This document shows, one piece after another, positions 18,471 to 26,290 of a DNA stretch of 34,694 bases. The notes under the pieces are model-generated. The model was not told where the DNA came from and did no database searches. It saw only the letters and a program-made list of their open reading frames with translations. This stretch comes from a virus (lineage: Duplodnaviria; Caudoviricetes): positions 1 to 34,694 of the IMG/VR virus record IMGVR_UViG_3300048598_000499; one strand, written 5' to 3'. Numbering within the stretch: the first letter of the stretch is position 1; each line of letters starts with the position of its first letter. A program made the translations under genes and the position numbers.

Positions 18471-19448
18471 TTACGCGATTGCTTCTTCAGTTGAAAGGAT
18501 TTCATCTACCTGTCTTACGCGCAGGTCGCCGACAGCCGTGATGATTTTGCCCCACGGATCAGACCATGTGGTGTTGATCTGCTGGCGGGAGCGCGCAGCC
18601 CGGTTGATGCGGTACTTGATGTAGTTGTTTCCAAACAGCGAGTAGCTTCCGGCTCCTTTCGGCATGTACGAGCGAGCCAGGAAGATGAGCTCAATGAGGT
18701 CATCGTCGGTCACGCTGTCCGTGATGTTTGCAAGACGGATGAGTCCCCGCTTCTGCTCGACGACAAGCCCGAACGCAGTCTCGAACATCTCGCTGTACAC
18801 AACCTTGTTGCGGATCTTGCCGTCACCGTCCGTGTAGGATACCTTCTGCTTGCCGAGATCCTCTCGCGTGATGCCGATGGAGCTTGATCCTTTCGGATAA
18901 ATAAGATGATTGAACTGCAGCCCGTTTGCGGACAGATATACCGACGTGCACTTGCTGCCAGTGCCTCCGGCGGCGATGCACAGATGCCCGGCAGCCTCGA
19001 TTTTTGGACGGCGCGTAGCGACGCCGTTGACGACGCGCGGATTAGCGGATCTGTCGCCGTACACAAGAATGTGCTGCTGCGTGATTCCCATGCCGTTGAT
19101 GATTCCGCGGGCTTCGTCCGTACGGACTTTGTTCGGCTCGGACGAACGGTTCACTTTGTCCTCGTCAACCTCGCTGTAGGCCTTGACGATGCAGGTGTTG
19201 TCCTTGCGGTTCTCGGTCTTTGTCGTCTCAGCGACAACGCCTTCTCCCGGAAGAACAGCCTCGCCTGCGGTCGCAGACTCGCGGTATACGCCGTCGTCGG
19301 TGTCTCCGTTGTTCGCCTCGCGGACCGGAAGATCCGTGAGCATTTCGTTTGTCTCAAGTTCGCACTCAACAATATTCTGAACGTTCTCTGGATACCGTTT
19401 GGCGAGCTCCGCGTATGTGAGCTGGTCGCTCTGGCTTAATGTTGCCAT
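18471..19448 (-). CDS. Major capsid protein (Bbp17-like, HK97 fold)
   Basis: 325 aa. Motifs LTYAELAKR, ETNEMLTDLP, YSEVD, NGVATR, GGTGSKCTSVY, IRLANI and DEILSTE. Confidence 0.9.
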   Translation of the reverse strand: MATLSQSDQLTYAELAKRYPENVQNIVECELETNEMLTDLPVREANNGDTDDGVYRESATAGEAVLPGEGVVAETTKTENRKDNTCIVKAYSEVDEDKVNRSSEPNKVRTDEARGIINGMGITQQHILVYGDRSANPRVVNGVATRRPKIEAAGHLCIAAGGTGSKCTSVYLSANGLQFNHLIYPKGSSSIGITREDLGKQKVSYTDGDGKIRNKVVYSEMFETAFGLVVEQKRGLIRLANITDSVTDDDLIELIFLARSYMPKGAGSYSLFGNNYIKYRINRAARSRQQINTTWSDPWGKIITAVGDLRVRQVDEILSTEEAIA

Positions 19449-19475
19449 AAATATCTCCTGCTAAAAAAAATAATA

Positions 19476-20363
19476 TCAAGAGTTGTACGAGAATGTGCCG
19501 CCCTCGGCGATTGACTTGCGCTGCGAAGGAGTTCCGTCTGTCTTGGCAGGCGATTTTCCCTCGGACGCATACTTACCGGCGCGGACAAAGTAGTCGACGA
19601 CCGCCTTGTCCATAGAGACGCCTGCGCGGTCAAGAGCCGCAACAACGTCCTTGCCTGCGGACGAGAGCCCTTTCTGGTAGTAGCCCATGTTCGCCTTGAA
19701 GTCATTCCCGTATTCCTTCTTCAGCTCGCCCTCTGTTTTTTGGATCATCTCCTTCCTGTTTGCGGCGAGCATTCTCATGTTGATTTCGTTGATCTTCTGG
19801 AAAGAAGACACGAACTTCTCAGCCTGTTTTTCCGTCATGCCCACGTCATACAGCATTCCGTTTATGAATGACTTCCCGTCCCCTTCCAGGTTCGAAGTGC
19901 ATTTATAGCCGTCCGCTGTCTCCGGCATGCCGAGTTTCCTCATGAACGCAGCCTTCTCCTCGTCCGAGGCGCTGTCTCCGGGTATTGTTACCGCGGATCC
20001 CAGCTTCGCCTCGAGCTCGGTGTAAGACTTCGCAAGGTCGGAAACCTTCTTGAACTTGGAAAGACTTTTCACGCATGCAGGATCATTCTTGATCTCGTCA
20101 GACAGCTGATCCCCCCATGCCTCGAGCTTTACCGGCTCATCCTTTTTATCTGTTTTTTCTTCGGTCTTGGTCTTTCCCGTCCCCTTGTCGGTTTCCGCGG
20201 ATTTGTCCGCGCGGCCTTCGAGGGCGGTTTTTGTACCGCCTGAAAGAACGCTGTCCAGTGCTCCTGAGAGTGAATCAGCGGCGGGCTCCGCACCGGTGGT
20301 GCCCGTCTGTGATGTCGTCAGTCCCTGTGATGTCTGGTTGTCAGTTGTCTGGCCTTCCATCAT
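19476..20363 (-). CDS. Capsid scaffolding protein
   Basis: Low-complexity N-terminus; LAKSYTELEAKLG, KLGMPETADGY and ELKKEYG motifs; immediately upstream of the capsid gene. Confidence 0.8.
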   Translation of the reverse strand: MMEGQTTDNQTSQGLTTSQTGTTGAEPAADSLSGALDSVLSGGTKTALEGRADKSAETDKGTGKTKTEEKTDKKDEPVKLEAWGDQLSDEIKNDPACVKSLSKFKKVSDLAKSYTELEAKLGSAVTIPGDSASDEEKAAFMRKLGMPETADGYKCTSNLEGDGKSFINGMLYDVGMTEKQAEKFVSSFQKINEINMRMLAANRKEMIQKTEGELKKEYGNDFKANMGYYQKGLSSAGKDVVAALDRAGVSMDKAVVDYFVRAGKYASEGKSPAKTDGTPSQRKSIAEGGTFSYNS

Positions 20364-20382
20364 GTGCCTCCAAAATTATTAA

Positions 20383-20868
20383 TTACTCTGCGACAATCCA
20401 GTCGTCAGAGAGCATGTCAGACTGTGAGGCCAGCCAGCCGCACTGAATCTGGTTTCTGGTCGTTTTAATGCAGATAAAATTACATACAGTGATTTCCTTA
20501 TCCTGCAGGGAACCGATATCAGCATCCGTATGAAATTCTGCGTCTGTGGCAAGAAACAGATACTGGTCTTTTCCGTTCCATCCCTTGCGCGCAATTTTCT
20601 TTCCGGCTTTGAGAGCCTCAAGAGCATGGCCGAAATTCATTCCGTCCGCAGGTCTGTTATGCAGCTCGAAAACGTCTTTAGGGCACCATGACACATAGCC
20701 TTCGTACTCCTTCGTATTGGGAGTCTGTTTGTCCTGGTATTCGACGAGAAAACCCTCGTCGTCTCCGTTCTCGCCAGCGGGTAACTGCCATCCGCGGAAA
20801 TCGTTGTACGCTTTCCGCGTCATCGGTTCAGCGTTGACCATCTTCACGCCGATAAACTGTTGCATCAT
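20383..20868 (-). CDS. tad2: DUF2829/Tad2-family sponge-like protein with an additional N-terminal domain
   Basis: The C-terminal half MNFGHALEALKAGKKIARKGWNGKDQYL...WLASQSDMLSDDW matches the DUF2829/Tad2 signature. ATG at 20868 overlaps the upstream TGA. Confidence 0.8.
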   Translation of the reverse strand: MMQQFIGVKMVNAEPMTRKAYNDFRGWQLPAGENGDDEGFLVEYQDKQTPNTKEYEGYVSWCPKDVFELHNRPADGMNFGHALEALKAGKKIARKGWNGKDQYLFLATDAEFHTDADIGSLQDKEITVCNFICIKTTRNQIQCGWLASQSDMLSDDWIVAE

Positions 20869-21227
20869 TTGCCTTCCTTCTGCGAGAGCGCATTGTCCAC
20901 GATCCAGTCGGTCAGTGCCGGCAGCTCGCATCCCATGTACTCCGCAATAAAATATTTTGCGTACGCCTGCAGTGTGTTCGCCTGCACGTCGTCCGGTTCT
21001 ACCTTGTTATTAAGCTGCAGATCGCACATTATCTGGTTCAGAGCCACGCGTCCTGCCGCGGTTGAGAACGTTCTCCGGAAAAGAAGGCGCATGTATTCCT
21101 TCTTGTCCTCCTGTTCGACGCTCTCCGACGCGAGATACTGCTTGATCTCCTCCTCGCCTGCGTATGCTTCCGCGCCTGTCTCCTCGACGCGGGGTGTCTT
21201 TATTTTTTTTGGTTTGAAAATGCTCAT
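20865..21227 (-). CDS. Bbp19-like phage protein
   Basis: LFRRTFSTAAGRVALNQI motif; lies between portal and scaffold. Confidence 0.65.
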   Translation of the reverse strand: MSIFKPKKIKTPRVEETGAEAYAGEEEIKQYLASESVEQEDKKEYMRLLFRRTFSTAAGRVALNQIMCDLQLNNKVEPDDVQANTLQAYAKYFIAEYMGCELPALTDWIVDNALSQKEGK

Positions 21228-22939
21228 CTGCTGTATGCTCCCGCCAGCTGTGTGTTGACCTGACCGAGAATGCTTGCGTTGTCGACCGGCTTATTGAGCT
21301 TGTCCGAGTTCTGCATGAGACTCTGCACCATCTGCTGGCTCTGCGCCTGCTTCTGCATCTGTGCCGCCTGCGCCTCGCGCGCCTTCCGGATCGTCTCAAC
21401 CTTGTCCTTGTCACGTATGCAATCAGCAGGCAGATTGTTGCTCGTAAGAACGCTGCGGGCCAGAGCGTCAAAGTCAATATTGTCAGTGATGTTCTGCTGT
21501 ACCTGTGCAAGCGGAATGATCATGCCCATCGCGTTGCTGATGCCGCCTGACTGGTAGTATTTTTTCTGCGCCTGAGCGAGCGTGCCGGTGAATTCAATCT
21601 GCAGTCCGAGCTGGTGCACGTCCATTCCCTTCATGTCGCCCGGCACCTCCGGCAGCTTGCCGTTGTCCGCCAGCAGGTTGTACGCGCGCATCACGAGCTT
21701 CTCGAGGTAGGAGTTGACGTTCTCAATGAGCGGTCCGAGCACGGTCGCTTTCTCGCCCTGTCTCTCGGTAACTTCCGTCGCCGTCATGCTGCCGGTTGCC
21801 ATCGCGAGCATCTGGAAGAAGTCCACGTCGTAGTGGTATTTGATTTTCTCATCCATCGCGGACATGATATTGAGCACGATCTGGTAGTTGTCGCCTGTCT
21901 TGATCGGGTCTATCTTCATGTCGCTCTTGTCGTAGTAGTTCTCGGCCCCCGGATTGAGAGACACGCCCTTGAGGGCGCGCGGAACGTTGAGCGGCGGAGT
22001 CGCGCTTCTCTGCGCTATCTTGAGCGCGGACTCCATAACCTTGTTGTCCGCGCGTATGTCGATGATTGCAGCCTCTGTCGGGCTTATGCCGTACGGACTG
22101 TTCGGAATCTCCTCCCATACGAGGCATCCGTACGGAAAGTCGTCGAACCCGTCTGTCCTGATGATATGGCTGTCCCCAGACTCCACGTACACATGCGCGT
22201 ACTTCTTGAGGACGGCGTTTGTTTTCGCGCCTTCCTCGCTGTAGTGAGGGTTTGTTTCGACGGCCTCGATGATTGTTATCTCTTTGTCGAGGTTCTCCCG
22301 TGTGCCGTCCGCATAGTCCTTTTGATCCTGCTCCGCAAGGTTTTCTATGCCGAAGTATTCCGCGGCCTGCCGCAGCCGCAGCTTGTACTCGCGGTACAGC
22401 GTGTCAGCCTCTCCCGCCTCGTCGCAGTCGAGATATACCTCTCCGAGCTTCCGGGTGTTGAACTGCAGGCGGTTTCTGTCCGCGTCCCACTCGCACGAGG
22501 TCGCGCTCCATCCGTAGACGGCGCCGTCCTTTACTCCGAGATAAACCTGTTTGTAAAAGTTTGATTTTCTGAGCGCGGCGACCAGTATGTCCTGGCATTT
22601 GCCCATCCAGTTGAGCACACCCGGCTTGTCCTTGAGATCCGGGTCGACGGCCGCAAGATGCAGCCATGCCACCGCGCGGCTTGCGCTGTAGCCGACAATT
22701 CCTGCCGCTTCCTGCCGCATGTACTTGCCCGGAATCGACGTGAAGCGCTGCGCCAGCTCCTTCTTCTCGTCGCTGTCAATGTCGAGGAATTCATAGACTG
22801 ACGTGGACACGAACTTCTCGTTCTCCTTCCACTGCGGCTCGAACTGTGATCTCTGGTCCTTGAGATGCTGCAGCCGCTCCTTGATATGCGTTACTTTTTC
22901 ACTTTCACTTTCTTTATTCTGCGCGCTTTCTTCACTCAT
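21224..22939 (-). CDS. Portal / head-to-tail connector (T7 gp8, Bbp21-like)
   Basis: Motifs LRKSNFY, YGISP, PPLNVP, MTATEVTERQGEKATVLGP and IEFTGTLAQAQK, with a Q-rich C-terminus. Alternative GTG start at 22957. Confidence 0.92.
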   Translation of the reverse strand: MSEESAQNKESESEKVTHIKERLQHLKDQRSQFEPQWKENEKFVSTSVYEFLDIDSDEKKELAQRFTSIPGKYMRQEAAGIVGYSASRAVAWLHLAAVDPDLKDKPGVLNWMGKCQDILVAALRKSNFYKQVYLGVKDGAVYGWSATSCEWDADRNRLQFNTRKLGEVYLDCDEAGEADTLYREYKLRLRQAAEYFGIENLAEQDQKDYADGTRENLDKEITIIEAVETNPHYSEEGAKTNAVLKKYAHVYVESGDSHIIRTDGFDDFPYGCLVWEEIPNSPYGISPTEAAIIDIRADNKVMESALKIAQRSATPPLNVPRALKGVSLNPGAENYYDKSDMKIDPIKTGDNYQIVLNIMSAMDEKIKYHYDVDFFQMLAMATGSMTATEVTERQGEKATVLGPLIENVNSYLEKLVMRAYNLLADNGKLPEVPGDMKGMDVHQLGLQIEFTGTLAQAQKKYYQSGGISNAMGMIIPLAQVQQNITDNIDFDALARSVLTSNNLPADCIRDKDKVETIRKAREAQAAQMQKQAQSQQMVQSLMQNSDKLNKPVDNASILGQVNTQLAGAYSR

Positions 22940-22971
22940 GCGCTCAGAATAAATCACGGCGGGTCAATCCG

Positions 22972-23577
22972 TTATATGTGTTTTGCAGAACCCTTCATTT
23001 CGTTTTTTCTGCTGTTCTGCGCGTGCATCACCTTCGCCATAAGGACTGCGGTGTCGGTTTCCTGCGCACGAACCGTCCGGAGGTGGCAGTGGTTCATCAC
23101 GGCATTGTCTGCCCTTGATACCAGGCGTAGGTTTGACAGCGTGCAGTTCCGCCTGTTTCCGTCCGCCATTATGACGCACGAACCGTCCGGCACTGGCCCG
23201 CGGGCTTTCTCCCATACAAGGCGGTGCTTCAGTTTCCATCTGTTCGGCTCGGCAACCTTCACCTTGATGTATCCGTCAGGCGTGACGGCCTCTGATCCTA
23301 CAGGTACGCAGTTTGCAGGTTTATGGCCTTTCAAAAACCACGTTTTCTCGCATCCGGGGGCACACAGGTGCGTCCCTTTGTTCGAAGGTTTCTGTCCCTT
23401 CTTGAACCTGCAGTCAATTCCGCTTTGGATATAATGATTATTCATCCAATTTTTTATCTGCTGTTCCGTGAATGACGTGCCGAACCTGCGGTTCATTTCC
23501 GCGGCGGCATCGGACTTTTTCATGTGCTTATAAATGCCCATAAAATAAGTTTTCTGCTCGGGTGTAAAAAGCATCAT
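22972..23577 (-). CDS. HNH endonuclease-family protein (HNH_3 type)
   Basis: FKKGQKPSNKG and FLKGHKPAN repeats, DGYIKVKV, KHRLVWE and DGNRRNCTLSNL; ATGA overlap at 23577. Confidence 0.85.
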   Translation of the reverse strand: MMLFTPEQKTYFMGIYKHMKKSDAAAEMNRRFGTSFTEQQIKNWMNNHYIQSGIDCRFKKGQKPSNKGTHLCAPGCEKTWFLKGHKPANCVPVGSEAVTPDGYIKVKVAEPNRWKLKHRLVWEKARGPVPDGSCVIMADGNRRNCTLSNLRLVSRADNAVMNHCHLRTVRAQETDTAVLMAKVMHAQNSRKNEMKGSAKHI

Positions 23578-23846
23578 TGTTTTGTGTCCGGAAGAATATT
23601 CTCGGTAGCCGGGCTTGCGAGCAGGTCCGGCATCTGCTTGTTCTTGAGGTTCCACTCGCCGGCAGTCTTGATTGCCTCAAGCTGCACGTGCCCCGCACCG
23701 ACGATAGTCTTCGCGACGTCCGTTATCGCGCGGCTTCTGTTTATTTCCCGGAGCGTCGACTCCGTATCCTTGCACACCTCGTCGTCCATAAGCCGCTCAA
23801 GCTCCTCGAACAAATAATTGTTAAGATCAGACAGTTTGTTTTTCAT
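23574..23846 (-). CDS. Conserved phage hypothetical protein
   Basis: KNKLSDLNNYLFEELERL..EINRSRAITDVAKTIV, a type I recall upstream of this kind of HNH gene; translationally coupled on both sides. Confidence 0.75.
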   Translation of the reverse strand: MKNKLSDLNNYLFEELERLMDDEVCKDTESTLREINRSRAITDVAKTIVGAGHVQLEAIKTAGEWNLKNKQMPDLLASPATENILPDTKQ

Positions 23847-24130
23847 TTTTTATTCCTTTTGTGTAGTCTGAAACCAGCCCTGTACAGCTCGTTCTGCAAA
23901 ACAGACACGAGGTTTTCATTGCCGGAAATTTCGCCGAAGCCCATGGTATCAAGAATTGAATGAATCCATTCGTGGATAAGAGTACTCTGCTTCATTTCTC
24001 GCGTCATTCTGACGTTGATCGTTATGATGCACGACACAGAATCTTCTCTGCCCATAAAATCATCCGCTCTGTTGTTAGGCTCAATCTCCTTAACCTCAAA
24101 CGGAATCCCGCAAACGTCTATCGTCTTCAT
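23843..24130 (-). CDS. Small HExxH zinc metallopeptidase-like protein (ImmA/IrrE-like)
   Basis: STLIHEWIHSIL..NENLV; ATG at 24130 overlaps the AAA gene TGA. Confidence 0.7.
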   Translation of the reverse strand: MKTIDVCGIPFEVKEIEPNNRADDFMGREDSVSCIITINVRMTREMKQSTLIHEWIHSILDTMGFGEISGNENLVSVLQNELYRAGFRLHKRNKK

Positions 24131-25047
24131 TGATAATCTCCGGCCGAACATGGTTCTGAATTAAACATCTTCATTCCGATTTTTCTTATTACCGCCGGCA
24201 TGATTCTCCCCTGAACCTTCTCACTTCTGATTATTTCTAAAATATCCGCTGCGGACAAAAAGTCTTTTGCCGCTGTGTCTTCAAGAAATTTTCTGACCAT
24301 CGCAAGATTCTCGTTGTCAGAGAAAGGAACAACCTCATGCTGGTATGTGAACCGCCGGAGAACGGCCTCGTCAAGAATATCCCTGCGGTTTGTAGCGGCA
24401 ATAATAACGCTTGTATTCTGCAACTTGTCCAGCGCCTGCATCAGGCTGATAGTCGTTCTCTCGATTTCCGCGTCAGGTCCTGTCGATCCATGTCCTGACC
24501 GGCGCATAGCTATGCAGTCTATCTCGTCGAGTATCAGGACTGCCTTTACTGTGCTTAAATAAGCGAAGACAGACTCCAGATTCCGCGAGGTTCCGCCCAT
24601 ATATGAGTCTATAAGTGACGAAAAATTTATGTAGTAGCACGGCAGATTAAGCTTCCATGCTGCGTACCGCGCAAAGACTGTCTTGCCGGAACCGCTTGGA
24701 CCGTAGAGAAGGATCGTGTTCGGATACAGTATCTTCATCGCCGCCATCTTTTCTGCCACCGCATTCATTCTAACTATAACATCAAGAGTCTCCTTCTCGC
24801 GGTCCGAAAGATAGTACCGGCCAACATTAAAATCTTCGGGCAGACTCCCGATTAGTTTGCACTGTATGCCTGCGGGAAGCTGATTGTGCTTGTCGGTCAG
24901 GTTATCAAGATAGCTGCGGACAAAATTCTCATCCGCCTTCACGGTGTCATCCGATAAAATTTGTATGGCTCTGGTTTTGGCATCTGACATGTCGTTTCTG
25001 GACAGTGCCTCGATAAGCCTTTTCATTTCGATGTTAAGTCCGCTCAT
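24127..25047 (-). CDS. AAA+ ATPase (classical clade)
   Basis: Walker A GPSGSGKT, pore loop SYMG, Walker B LILDEID, and SRH AATNRRDILDEAVLRRF. Confidence 0.9.
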   Translation of the reverse strand: MSGLNIEMKRLIEALSRNDMSDAKTRAIQILSDDTVKADENFVRSYLDNLTDKHNQLPAGIQCKLIGSLPEDFNVGRYYLSDREKETLDVIVRMNAVAEKMAAMKILYPNTILLYGPSGSGKTVFARYAAWKLNLPCYYINFSSLIDSYMGGTSRNLESVFAYLSTVKAVLILDEIDCIAMRRSGHGSTGPDAEIERTTISLMQALDKLQNTSVIIAATNRRDILDEAVLRRFTYQHEVVPFSDNENLAMVRKFLEDTAAKDFLSAADILEIIRSEKVQGRIMPAVIRKIGMKMFNSEPCSAGDYQ

Positions 25048-25075
25048 TCATCTTTCTCCTTTCATATTTTTTTCA

Positions 25076-25099
25076 GTCAAGTTAAAGCAGTTGTTATGC
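25076..25099 (-). repeat. Truncated attC (R'' and L'' half only)
   Basis: GCATAAC AACTGC TTTAACTTGAC begins 1 nt after the MazG-like stop and closely matches the left arm of site D. No right arm is present. Confidence 0.7.
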
Positions 25100-25100
25100 G

Positions 25101-25343
25101 CTATAAATGCATGAGCGCCCGAATACACATTGCTCCAGTTTGAGCTAATTCTTTTTTTAGATGCTCATTGTCGTCATCGGCATAGGTACAGTCGATCGCG
25201 GCTTGCATTGACTCCCCGGCTTCCTCGACCATGATTGCGACGGCGTGTATTTTGTCTTCCGGCCATCCCGGATGTTTTTTTTCTGCGGCCGCGAGTTCAT
25301 CGAAAATCGAATCAATAGCGGCTTCCGCTTTTACCTTCTTCAT
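25101..25343 (-). CDS. MazG-like all-alpha NTP pyrophosphohydrolase (cassette gene)
   Basis: AIMVEEAGESMQA...LKKELAQTGAMC; AAGGAG RBS before ATG at 25343. Confidence 0.7.
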   Translation of the reverse strand: MKKVKAEAAIDSIFDELAAAEKKHPGWPEDKIHAVAIMVEEAGESMQAAIDCTYADDDNEHLKKELAQTGAMCIRALMHL

Positions 25344-25367
25344 AAAAACTCCTTTCGAAATCAATCG

Positions 25368-25429
25368 GCATAACATTAAGTTAAGCTGTGAGGCTTACCA
25401 GCCGAATCGGCTTGAACTTGTTGTTGGTT
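25368..25429 (-). repeat. attC site A (62 bp)
   Basis: AACCAAC AACAAG TTCAAGCCGA TTCGGCTGGTAAGCCTCA CAGCTTAACTTAAT GTTATGC. Confidence 0.85.
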
Positions 25430-25433
25430 GTTG

Positions 25434-25497
25434 TTCTAACATTCGCTTAACCTGCGAACAGCGGTAGCTGTAAGTCAGGTTGAAGCGGTCGTTGGAT
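25434..25497 (-). repeat. attC site B (64 bp)
   Basis: ATCCAAC GACCGC TTCAACCTGAC TTACAGCTACCGCTGTTC GCAGGTTAAGCGAAT GTTAGAA. Confidence 0.85.
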
Positions 25498-25653
25498 GAT
25501 TTCGGACGCTTTCAGTTTCAAGTCTTTAGCGATCCGAAATTGCCAGCACGCAGCTTCCATGCACGAATGGCGCGGGATTCCCCTTTTTTTGCACATACCA
25601 ATGATAAAAATGTAGAAGTCGCACTCGTCGCATGTATGTTTTCTGTAGCTCAT
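25447..25653 (-). CDS. Small Cys-rich protein (cassette gene, 68 aa)
   Basis: GGAGG RBS before ATG at 25653; CDEC..C..C..C pattern; reads into attC B. Confidence 0.6.
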   Translation of the reverse strand: MSYRKHTCDECDFYIFIIGMCKKRGIPRHSCMEAACWQFRIAKDLKLKASEIIQRPLQPDLQLPLFAG

Positions 25654-25716
25654 GATAACCTCCTGTCCGAAATCTTGGCGCGTGTCCGCGTAACTTGTTA
25701 CGCGGCTAAAGCGTCC

Positions 25717-25780
25717 GCACAACATTGGTTTGACCTGCGTTGCCCGAATAGGCATAAGTCAGGTCGAACCAATGTTAGAA
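25717..25780 (-). repeat. attC site C (64 bp)
   Basis: TTCTAAC ATTGG TTCGACCTGAC TTATGCCTATTCGGGCAAC GCAGGTCAAACCAAT GTTGTGC. Confidence 0.85.
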
Positions 25781-25786
25781 ATCTCC

Positions 25787-25921
25787 CTACTTTTTAGCGA
25801 GAAGATTGTTCGAAACAGTGCCAAGAAGACGATTAAGAACATCAAGCAGCGCAACGTCTTTCTGGTCTTTCGCCAACTCTTTACCGATAACATCGATAAG
25901 AGTAGTTTCCAATTTTTCCAA
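25787..25921 (-). CDS. 44-aa helical protein (cassette gene, not in the ORF track)
   Basis: AGGAGG lies 5 nt before TTG at 25921. MEKLETTLIDVIGKELAKDQKDVALLDVLNRLLGTVSNNLLAKK*, with the stop 6 nt before attC C. Confidence 0.65.
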   Translation of the reverse strand: MEKLETTLIDVIGKELAKDQKDVALLDVLNRLLGTVSNNLLAKK

Positions 25922-26001
25922 GTTTTCCTCCTTTCCCGATTAAGGGATTGTTCGCAAATTATCCGTGTAGTGGCCGAAGGCCGGTACACGGTTGTTTGTC
26001 G

Positions 26002-26054
26002 TTCTAACATTTGCTTAACCTGCGCGAAGCGTCAGGTTGAAGCAGTTGTTAGGC
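26002..26054 (-). repeat. attC site D (53 bp)
   Basis: GCCTAAC AACTGC TTCAACCTGAC GCTTCGC GCAGGTTAAGCAAAT GTTAGAA. The stop codon of the upstream ORF lies within GCCTAAC. Confidence 0.9.
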
Positions 26055-26231
26055 TTTCTCGACATCAACTTCTATGTTGATTACCGCTTTTGACGTTAAC
26101 TTGTATTTTTTGCCACACTCATCACAGGTAACAATTTTAACGCATGTCTCTTTTTCAATGTCATGCTCCCCTAGAAAATGTTCTCCGCAATGCGGGCATT
26201 GATACTCAAAATCCAAATCAAACAAAGCCAT
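26049..26231 (-). CDS. Zinc-ribbon protein (cassette gene, 60 aa)
   Basis: CPHCG...CDECG; AAGGAG RBS; TAA lies inside attC D. Confidence 0.75.
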   Translation of the reverse strand: MALFDLDFEYQCPHCGEHFLGEHDIEKETCVKIVTCDECGKKYKLTSKAVINIEVDVEKA

Positions 26232-26243
26232 TGACTGCTCCTT

Positions 26244-26290
26244 TTGCAACGTGTCGGTATAAGCGCGAAGCGGTTATACCGTAGTTGTCA
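26244..26290 (-). repeat. attC-like site E (47 bp, different sequence family)
   Basis: TGACAAC TACGG TATAACCGCTTCGCGCTTATA CCGACAC GTTGCAA. Confidence 0.65.

Noticed and set aside
22940-22970. Promoter upstream of the portal gene (TTGACC...TATTCT on the minus strand)
   Set aside because: The hexamers are only 10 bp apart, which is not a valid sigma70 spacing.
22972-23577. HNH gene as an intron-encoded homing endonuclease
   Set aside because: It is free-standing and coupled to its upstream gene. Neither terL nor portal appears interrupted, and no intron structure was seen.
25759-26010. 83-aa ORF from the ORF track
   Set aside because: It starts and ends inside attC sites with no RBS. The 44-aa TTG ORF with AGGAGG in another frame fits better.
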